Positions 54,842-64,000 of a stretch of 64,000 nt of DNA are shown here, piece after piece. The translations under genes were made by a program, and so were the position numbers. Source of the DNA: Nemertoderma westbladi (lineage: Eukaryota; Animalia; Xenacoelomorpha); contig JAUCBJ010003385.1 of assembly GCA_032718475.1 (NCBI GenBank), forward strand, positions 43,825 through 107,824, in the 5' to 3' direction. The notes under the pieces were generated by a model. The model made no database searches. It worked only from the letters and a program-made list of their open reading frames with translations, and had not been told where the DNA came from. Numbering within the stretch: position 1 is the stretch's first letter; the number at the start of each line of letters is the position of its first letter.

Positions 54842-55124
54842 CCCCCCCCCCCCCCCCATCGTACATCCTTGGCGATTCATTTTACTAGCTATTCCCTACT
54901 TTTATTATATAGAACGTTCTAGAATATAGTTTATGTCTAAGCTCTACATAATGTGTTAGTATCTTTTTAAATGAATAACTTATTTATTTAACTGCTAGCG
55001 GTAGTTAGCCTCGGCTTAATTTAAAATTAAATTAATTTAAAACTGTAATCACTAGCTAACATATTAAAAATGAATGTCCAGTCCAATCATGTTTAAAAAG
55101 TAAACAAAAAATAGAATAAATATA

Positions 55125-55994
55125 CACCATGACCCGTAGTGTCATTTTCTGATGACACGGACTCCCCCCCCCCCCCCCCCCAGATTTTTCTACAAATCTT
55201 TATCCTATTGCTTGAAATTTGAAACACAACTAGTTCAACTCACCGTGGTTGTTACCATGAAGCCGGAATTTTCGATTTTGCCTTTAAATCTTTTTAATAA
55301 GCGTTTTAAAAAAAGTGTGTTTTGCGAAATCGCACCCTCCGTATCGTGGCCATTATTCACATTAGTCGTTGCCTTGCGTTGAAAGGATTCAAAATATGTA
55401 ACAATATCTTAATTTCGTTGAGAAACAGCTGAGATATAGGCGTTCAAAGATTGCAAGAATTATTGTTCGCTGCAGGCCATTTATTCAATTTAATAAATAC
55501 ACAAAATTCTAGAACGTGTTATTTATTTTATGAGTTGGTTGGCAATTGCGGTATGCCTATCCAATATCTATATTGCATAGCTAATCATACATAAGCAAAG
55601 TTCCAGAACATCGTGTATTTATTAAATAGAATAAATTGCCTAACAGCGAAGAATAATTCTTGCAATCTTTGAACGCCTGTATCTCAGCTGTTTCTCAACG
55701 AAATTCAGATATTGTTACATATTTTGAATCCTTGCAACGCAAGGCAACGACTAATGTGAATAATGGCCACGATACGGAGGGTGCGATTTCGCAAAACACA
55801 CTTTTTTTAAAACGCTTATAAAAAATTTTTTAAGGCGAAATCGAAAATTCCGGCTAGATGGGGCCAACCACGTTGAGTTGAACTAGTTGTGTTTCAAATT
55901 TCAAGCAATATGATAAGGATTTGTAGAAAAATTTGGGGGGGGGGGGGGGGGGTCCGTGTCATCAGAAAATGACACTATATTACGGGTCATGGTG
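55125..55994. mobile_element. Foldback/MITE element with ~390-bp inverted arms and TA flanks
   Basis: TA-caccatgacccgta...tacgggtcatggtg-TA. Arms ~55125-55515 and ~55600-55994 are near reverse complements (e.g. gtatcgtggccattattcacattagtcgttgccttgcgttg). TA target is typical of Tc1/mariner-type elements. Confidence 0.9.
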
Positions 55995-56224
55995 TAATAA
56001 CTAATATTTACAGTTTTCTTAGTGTCGGAAGGTTACTTTGCTTATCATTTTTTCAAGGAATGTCCTGTTTATGACACCCAACTTGGCAGTTATTTTCATT
56101 CATTATTCGTTTTTACTATACTTTTATTTTAATGTTCCAAAACTCCTTCACTTAGTTTTCGTTTCGGCCAGAGCGCTTTAAAGGAACTATATTATGGTTT
56201 TGTTGAGAAATGGAAAAAGTGAGA

Positions 56225-56445
56225 AAGCGCGTCACCAGGGGTTGAACCAGCGCTTTATGTACGTTTTAGCTTATCAGGCCTCATCAGTAGCGCTAACAAG
56301 TTCAGCCACTTGCCCCTTTACTTCACTTTAATTACAGTTGCATTTAACAGCTCATCTCCAATTCATTTATTAAAGGGACTAGCCAGGGCGCATCTCTGCC
56401 TTGCATCCTTAAGTGGTAGCTAAATGAGTACTGGAGTTTCCTCTG
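56225..56445. mobile_element. Degenerate SINE-like fragments
   Basis: B-box-like GGTTCAACCC on the minus strand (~56240). On the plus strand gccttgcatccttaagtggtagctaaatgagtactgg resembles the central domain of the SINE at 49800-49850. Confidence 0.4.
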
Positions 56446-56766
56446 GAGAGTATAGTTCTGGGGGGCACTTAAATAAGTCGTCAGACTTTGCGCGTAATCC
56501 CTGGCCTAACGACCAAATTTTAAACTTCATTTTTAAAAAATGTATCTCGTTTTAGTCGTTTCTGCGAGCGATAATTTTTTAAACTTGATTTGTGCCCAAA
56601 ATTCAAAAGTCAAAACCACACATTAAGCCTACGCCAACCGATATCCGTACAGACATGTCTCCTAAATTTTTCCTGAGTAAAAGTACATCTACTCCTCTGG
56701 TACTAAAAATACCATGGGGTGTACGAGGATCATACTAATGCCTTTATTGCTATGAGAGAGCTTCGG

Positions 56767-57150
56767 GAACCAATCAGAGACGATCACCTTATGGGAGATT
56801 GGTAGGGAATCAATCGCAGATTATCAACTTATGGGAGATGGGTAAGGAACAAATCAGTGACGATCAACTTATGGGAGATGGGTAAGGAACCAATCAGAGC
56901 CGATTAACTTATGGGAGATGGGTAAGGAACCAATCAGAGCCGATTAACTTATGGGAGATGGGTAAGGAACCTATCAGAGCCGATTAACTTATGGGAGATG
57001 GGTAAGGAACCTATCAGAGCCGATTAACTTATGGGAGATGGGTAAGGAACCAATCAGAGCCGATTAACTTATGGGAGATGGGTAAGGAACTATCAGAGAC
57101 GACCAACATATTGTACATAGTAGGGAACCAATCAGTGACGATCAACTTAT
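56767..57150. repeat. 40-bp minisatellite, ~9 copies, degenerate at both ends
   Basis: Unit atgggagatgggtaaggaaccaatcagagccgattaactt. Confidence 0.93.
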
Positions 57151-57989
57151 CGAAGAGGGTGTTGTAATCTTTTTGTTTTTTTTTATCGGAAATTCTACAG
57201 CAGGATGGAAAGCTGAATAATAATATTGATACTGTAATGCTTGGGTGAGATTCTTTAGAAATTAATTATTATTCTCAAGTTAAGTTCATAGTTTTGTGTG
57301 AAAGGAAGTTGTTTAGAAGAATCTGGAGACCTCTCATTAATATATTGCTAAGTTTGGTACAGTTTTGTTTTGTTGATATTCTGGGGCAGTATGTAAACTA
57401 TCTGAATATTGTTCTGTATCAATTATAAAATTATTCGTATTTATTAATATTTGTTATTAGTGACAATTATTGATAACACACTTTTAATTAGCCAAACAAC
57501 AATTGGCATTAAACTCAAACATCCAATAAAAACTATATTAATAACCAGAACCATTACTAATTTTAATTAGATAAGAAATTTACCTTAATTAACTTTTAGT
57601 GTCAAAAGCAGAAGTGGAAAAGCTTAAAACGCTTTTTACCCATACGGCATACATATATACAGCTTGCCAAAACCTTGTTAATATAATTAATAAAAAATCT
57701 GGGGATAATAAAATGGCATCTTTAAAATTCATACTCCATATCTCAATAACCTGTGGCGTGGCCTATAAATGTTGTTGTCTGTGCTCCCACCCAATTTACA
57801 ACAAAACTGACAAGAATTTTGGGTATGGGATACCTTCATACAAAGTAGAATGTCGGGGGTGTACTTTATTTACCTCAACTTTATTTGGGTATAAAATACC
57901 TGTACTTTATGTTGCTTTACATGGGACCATGGAGCCCGTTTTGGTACTTAGAAGGATAATTTAAGAGTTATCAAAAAAGAAAAATTATC

Positions 57990-59148
57990 TTTGCTGACTT
58001 CTTCAAGACCTTTGATTCAGTCTCTCGCTCACGTATGTTCAGCATACTTTCATTATGGGATTCCTGATGAAATTATTGCAGCAATAAGATCAGTATACGA
58101 TGGTTCGACAACATTTGTGTCTACTGTTGACGGTGACACATAACCATTTGAAGTGTTATGGGGCATCCTCCAGGGAGACACACTTGCACCATTCTTGTTC
58201 ATAATTGTGGTTGACTATGTTCTACGCATGTCCTTAGATCATCATAATGATGATGGGGTGATGATAACTCCACCTACTGGCTCCAGAAGTCGAGGAAATC
58301 CTGCCAAGTACCTAACTGATCTAGACTTGGCTGATGACTTAGGAGTACTCTCAGAATCATTAGAGGGAGCCCAACGGCTCCTCAGCTCATTAGAACATGC
58401 TGCTTATAGTGTTGGTCTTTTTATTAACTCCAGAAAGACCAAAATTTTGACAGTTAACTTTGAAAGTTCTCAGCAAGTCTCTGATCGGATGAGCATAAGC
58501 TCAAAGGATGGTATGCTTGAGCATGTGGACGACTTCTGTTACCTGGGATCATGGATCCGGAAGTCAGGTGAGGACCTTCGAATACGTAAGGGAAAGGCAT
58601 GGGCAGCCTTGAATAGGCTTTCCAGGATTTGGAAGTCACCGAGAATTAATCGGAAACTTAAGGTCCGATTATTTAGAGCAGCAGTAGTTCCAGTACTCCT
58701 CTATGGGAGTACATGCTGGGCTCTAACTGCTGAGGACACCAAATCTCTGGATGGCACATTCACAAGAATGCTACGCCGGGTTCATTGTGTCAAGTACAAT
58801 GCACACATCTCCAACCAGACACTATATAACATTGGAGGTGTCTCATTGGTTCCCCCAAGCTTGACACTAGAACAAAATCGCCTCCGCTTTGCAGGACATT
58901 GCTTTCGCCATGAGGACCAGCCAGTGCATAATCTTGTACTTTGGCAGCCTCATGGAGTGAATAAGCATGGTGGACAGCCCATGACTTTCTTGAGACGCAT
59001 CTTAAAGGACACTGGCCTTGAAGATGCGGATGATCTAGCAAATGTCATGGCTGATAGGGAGTTGTGGCTGCGCAATCGACAAGCCGGTACAACATTCTTA
59101 AAAATGCAGCTGCAATGCAGCATACCGATCCTAGTAGTAGTAGTAGTA
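57990..59148 (+). mobile_element. 5'-truncated RTE-like non-LTR retrotransposon (RT remnant)
   Basis: DFFKTFDSV, GILQGDTLAPFLF, DLADDL, DFCYLGS, VLLYGSTCW, RLRFAGHCFR. Disrupted upstream of 58153; ends in a (TAG)n tail at 59132-59148. Confidence 0.9.
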
Positions 59149-59378
59149 CATTATTTATGTAAACTTATACAAAATTATGTCTACTTTCTTTTATTTGTAT
59201 TTACTTTAATTACGCCAACTTTAATTATGTTTACTTTATTAGAATGTACTTTATTTACGTCTACTTTATGCGATGTAATTATTTCAGCAGTGCATTCCAT
59301 TATCCACTCTATTTAATGTTACACATAATTCGTTAACATATGAATACTGAGGGATTGGATAATGGATGTAAGACTAAC

Positions 59379-59543
59379 CTGCAGCTATTGTTAGGTTCCC
59401 ACCAACAGTAAAGTTACCCCCCATAGAGAAAGCGTCAACAGCTGCCTGATTGTTGAGAATGATGACGAACTGAGTGAGTTCCAGTCCGACTTCCAATCCA
59501 CCACCGACACCAAATATACCAACAGCCGACGGTGCAGACCATT
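59379..59543 (-). CDS. SH3YL1: SH3YL1-like exon (SYLF domain)
   Basis: ttttgccttttag|AA TGG TCT... encodes WSAPSAVGIFGVGGGLEVGLELTQFVIILNNQAAVDAFSMGGNFTVGGNLTIAAG and ends GCAG|gttagt. 165 nt, phase 1-1. Confidence 0.93.
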
Positions 59544-62500
59544 CTAAAAGGCAAAAATATACCAACAGCTGACGGTGCAGACCATTCTATAAGGTAAAAA
59601 TATACCAACAGCCGACGGTGCAGACCATTCTATAAGGCAAAAATATACCAACAGCCGACGGTGCAGACCATTCTATAAGGTAAAAATATACCAACAGCCG
59701 ACGGTGTAGACCATTCTATAAGGCAAAAATATACCAACAGCCGACGGTGCAGACCATTCTATAAGGCAAAAATATACCAACAGCCGACGGTGCAGACCAT
59801 TCTATAAGGCAAAAATATACCAACAGCCGACGGTGCAGACCATTCTATAAGGTAAAAATGTACCAACAGCTGACGGTGGAGACCATTCTATAAGGTAAAA
59901 ATATACCAACGGGCCGACGGTGCAGACCATTCTATAAGGTAAAAATATACCAACAGCCGACGGTGGAGACCATTCTATAAGGTAAAAATATACCAACGGG
60001 CCGACGGTACAGACCATTCTATAAGGTAAAAATATACCAACAGCCGACGGTGCAGACCATTCTATAAGGTAAAAATATACCAACAGCCGACGGTGGAGAC
60101 CATTCTATAAGGTAAAAATATACCAACAGCCGACGGTGCAGACCATTCTATAAGGTAAAAATATACCAACAGCCGACGGTGGAGACCATTCTATAAGGTA
60201 AAAATATACCAACGGGCCGACGGTGCAGACCATTCTATAAGGTAAAAATATACCAACAGCCGACGGTGCAGACCATTCTATAAGGTAAAAATATACCAAC
60301 GGGCCGACGGTGCAGACCATTCTATAAGGTAAAAATATACCAACAGCCGACGGTGCAGACCATTCTATAAGGTAAAAATATACCAACAGCCGACGGTGGA
60401 GACCATTCTATAAGGTAAAAATATACCAACAGCCGACGGTGCAGACCATTCTATAAGGTAAAAATATACCAACAGCCGACGGTGGAGACCATTCTATAAG
60501 GTAAAAATATACCAACGGGCCGACGGTGCAGACCATTCTATAAGGTAAAAATATACCAACAGCCGACGGTGCAGACCATTCTATAAGGTAAAAATATACC
60601 AACGGGCCGACGGTGCAGACCATTCTATAAGGTAAAAATATACCAACAGCCGACGGTGGAGACCATTCTATAAGGTAAAAATATACCAACAGCCGACGGT
60701 GCAGACCATTCTAAAAGGCAAAAATATACCAACAGCTGACGGTGCAGACCATTCTATAAGGTAAAAATATACCAACAGCCGACGGTGCAGACCATTCTAT
60801 AAGGTAAAAATATACCAACAGCCGACGGTGCAGACCATTCTATAAGGTAAAAATATACCAACAGCCGACGGTGGAGACCATTCTATAAGGTAAAAATATA
60901 CCAACGGGCCGACGGTGCAGACCATTCTATAAGGTAAAAATATACCAACAGCCGACGGTGCAGACCATTCTATAAGGTAAAAATATACCAACAGCCGACG
61001 GTGCAGACCATTCTATAAGGTAAAAATATACCAACAGCCGACGGTGCAGACCATTCTATAAGGTAAAAATATACCAACAGCCGACGGTGCAGTGGTGCAG
61101 ACCATTCTATAAGGTAAAAATATACCAACAGCCGACGGTGCAGACCATTCTATAAGGCAAAAATATACCAACAGCCGACGGTGCAGACCATTCTATAAGG
61201 CAAAAATATACCAACAGCCGACGGTGCAGACCATTCTATAAGGTAAAAATATACCAACAGCCGACGGTGCAGACCATTCTATAAGGTAAAAATATACCAA
61301 CGGCCGACGGTGCAGACCATTCTATAAGGTAAAAATATACCAACAGCCGACGGTGGAGACCATTCTATAAGGTAAAAATATACCAACGGGCCGACGGTGC
61401 AGACCATTCTATAAGGTAAAAATATACCAACAGCCGACGGTGCAGACCATTCTATAAGGTAAAAATATACCAACAGCCGACGGTGCAGACCATTCTATAA
61501 GGTAAAAATATACCAACAGCCGACGGTGCAGACCATTCTATAAGGTAAAAATATACCAACAGCCGACGGTGGAGACCATTCTATAAGGTAAAAATATACC
61601 AACAGGCCGACGGTGCAGACCATTCTATAAGGTAAAAATATACCAACAGCCGACGGTGCAGACCATTCTATAAGGTAAAAATATACCAACAGCCGACGGT
61701 GCAGACCATTCTATAAGGTAAAAATATACCAACAGCCGACGGTGCAGACCATTCTATAAGGTAAAAATATACCAACAGCCGACGGTGCAGACCATTCTAT
61801 AAGGTAAAAATATACCAACAGCCGACGGTGCAGACCATTCTATAAGGTAAAAATATACCAACAGCCGACGGTGCAGACCATTCTATAAGGTAAAAATATA
61901 CCAACGCCGACGGTGCAGACCATTCTATAAGGTAAAAATATACCAACAGCCGACGGTGCAGACCATTCTATAAGGCAAAAATATACCAACAGCCGACGGT
62001 GCAGACCATTCTATAAGGTAAAAATATACCAACAGCCGACGGTGCAGACCATTCTATAAGGTAAAAATATACCAACAGCCGACGGTGCAGACCATTCTAT
62101 AAGGCAAAAATATACCAACAGCCGACGGTGCAGACCATTCTATAAGGTAAAAATATACCAACAGCCGACGGTGCAGACCATTCTATAAGGTAAAAATATA
62201 CCAACAGCCGACGGTGCAGACCATTCTATAAGGTAAAAATATACCAACAGCCGACGGTGCAGACCATTCTATAAGGTAAAAATATACCAACAGCCGACGG
62301 TGCAGACCATTCTATAAGGTAAAAATATACCAACAGCCGACGGTGCAGACCATTCTATAAGGTAAAAATATACCAACAGCCGACGGTGCAGACCATTCTA
62401 TAAGGTAAAAATATACCAACAGCCGACGGTGCAGACCATTCTATAAGGTAAAAATATACCAACAGCCGACGGTGCGTGTGCAGACCATTCTATAAGGTAA

Positions 62501-64000
62501 AAATATACCAACAGCCGACGGTGCAGACCATTCTATAAGGTAAAAATATACCAACGGCCGACGGTGCAGACCATTCTATAAGGTAAAAATATACCAACAG
62601 CCGACGGTGCAGACCATTCTATAAGGTAAAAATATACCAACAGCCGACGGTGCAGACCATTCTATAAGGTAAAAATATACCAACAGCCGACGGTGCAGAC
62701 CATTCTATAAGGTAAAAATATACCAACAGCCGACGGTGCAGACCATTCTATAAGGTAAAAATATACCAACAGCCGACGGTGCAGACCATTCTATAAGGTA
62801 AAAATATACCAACAGCCGACGGTGCAGACCATTCTATAAGGTAAAAATATACCAACAGCCGACGGTGCAGACCATTCTATAAGGTAAAAATATACCAACA
62901 GCCGACGGTGCAGACCATTCTATAAGGTAAAAATATACCAACAGCCGACGGTGCAGACCATTCTATAAGGCAAAAATATACCAACAGCCGACGGTGCAGA
63001 CCATTCTATAAGGTAAAAATATACCAACAGCCGACGGTGCAGACCATTCTATAAGGTAAAAATATACCAACAGCCGACGGTGCAGACCATTCTATAAGGT
63101 AAAAATATACCAACAGCCGACGGTGCAGACCATTCTATAAGGCAAAAATATACCAACAGCCGACGGTGCAGACCATTCTATAAGGCAAAAATATACCAAC
63201 AGCCGACGGTGCAGACCATTCTATAAGGTAAAAATATACCAACAGCCGACGGTGCAGACCATTCTATAAGGTAAAAATATACCAACAGCCGACGGTGCAG
63301 ACCATTCTATAAGGTAAAAATATACCAACAGCCGACGGTGCAGACCATTCTATAAGGTAAAAATATACCAACAGCCGACGGTGCAGACCATTCTATAAGG
63401 TAAAAATATACCAACAGCCGACGGTGCAGACCATTCTATAAGGTAAAAATATACCAACAGCCGACGGTGCAGACCATTCTATAAGGCAAAAATATACCAA
63501 CAGCCGACGGTGCAGACCATTCTATAAGGCAAAAATATACCAACAGCCGACGGTGCAGACCATTCTATAAGGCAAAAATATACCAACAGCCGACGGTGCA
63601 GACCATTCTATAAGGTAAAAATATACCAACAGCCGACGGTGCAGACCATTCTATAAGGTAAAAATATACCAACAGCCGACGGTGGCAGACCATTCTATAA
63701 GGCAAAAATATACCAACAGCCGACGGTGCAGACCATTCTATAAGGCAAAAATATACCAACAGCCGACGGTGCAGACCATTCTATAAGGTAAAAATATACC
63801 AACAGCCGACGGTGCAGACCATTCTATAAGGTAAAAATATACCAACAGCCGACGGTGCAGACCATTCTATAAGGCAAAAATATACCAACAGCCGACGGTG
63901 CAGACCATTCTATAAGGTAAAAATATACCAACAGCCGACGGTGCGAGACCATTCTATAAGGTAAAAATATACCAACAGCCGACGGTGCAGACCATTCTAT
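59512..64000. repeat. 43-bp tandem array (~104 copies, runs off the right edge) derived from the acceptor and first ~32 nt of exon 59543-59379
   Basis: Unit aatataccaacagccgacggtgcagaccattctataaggtaaa, minus strand TTACCTTATAG|AATGGTCTGCACCGTCGGCTGTTGGTATATTT. The terminal copy is the real exon start. Confidence 0.99.

Larger units (their letters stand above)
33883..59543 (-). other. SH3YL1: Visible span of an SH3YL1/Ysc84/Lsb3-family (SYLF domain) gene; 5' exons lie beyond 64000 and any SH3 exon(s) beyond position 1
   Basis: Three exons splice in phase (1,1 then 2) with GT-AG ends to give WSAPSAVGIFGVGGGLEVG...GGNLTIAAG-PVGRSAEG...AIFTYSKSKGLFVGVSIEG...ERKSTNHR-FYSTAVRAKQLLSGEV, the colinear SYLF domain. 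Confidence 0.88.

Noticed and set aside
57599-57964. 121-aa ORF, and similar short ORFs at 34454, 52451 and 55152
   Set aside because: AT-rich or transposon-derived sequence with no recognisable motifs or splice support.
59802-63759. ORFs repeating EWSAPSAVGIF
   Set aside because: Translations of the 43-bp array cycling through frames; only the terminal copy is part of the real exon.

Overview
Eukaryotic (probably animal) genomic DNA, about 75% tandem repeat. The backbone is a minus-strand SH3YL1/Ysc84 (SYLF domain) gene. Three exons are clearly recognisable (59543-59379, 49579-49435, 49318-~49132), and a probable fourth exon ends at 33883. The main observation is that all three large satellite arrays start at an exon-intron junction of this gene, and each unit is a copy of that junction including its splice site. 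They are a 43-bp array (59512-64000+) from an acceptor, a 21-bp array (39206-49150) from a donor, and a 46-bp array (1-33918, >700 copies) from a probable donor. The units share no sequence, and each reads AG / short exon piece / GT. The introns also hold an intronless antisense COQ8 (ADCK3/4) gene, two related APE-RT LINE copies, two RTE-like fragments, three non-autonomous inverted-repeat elements, SINE remnants and small minisatellites. All calls come from reading the sequence; no searches were run.
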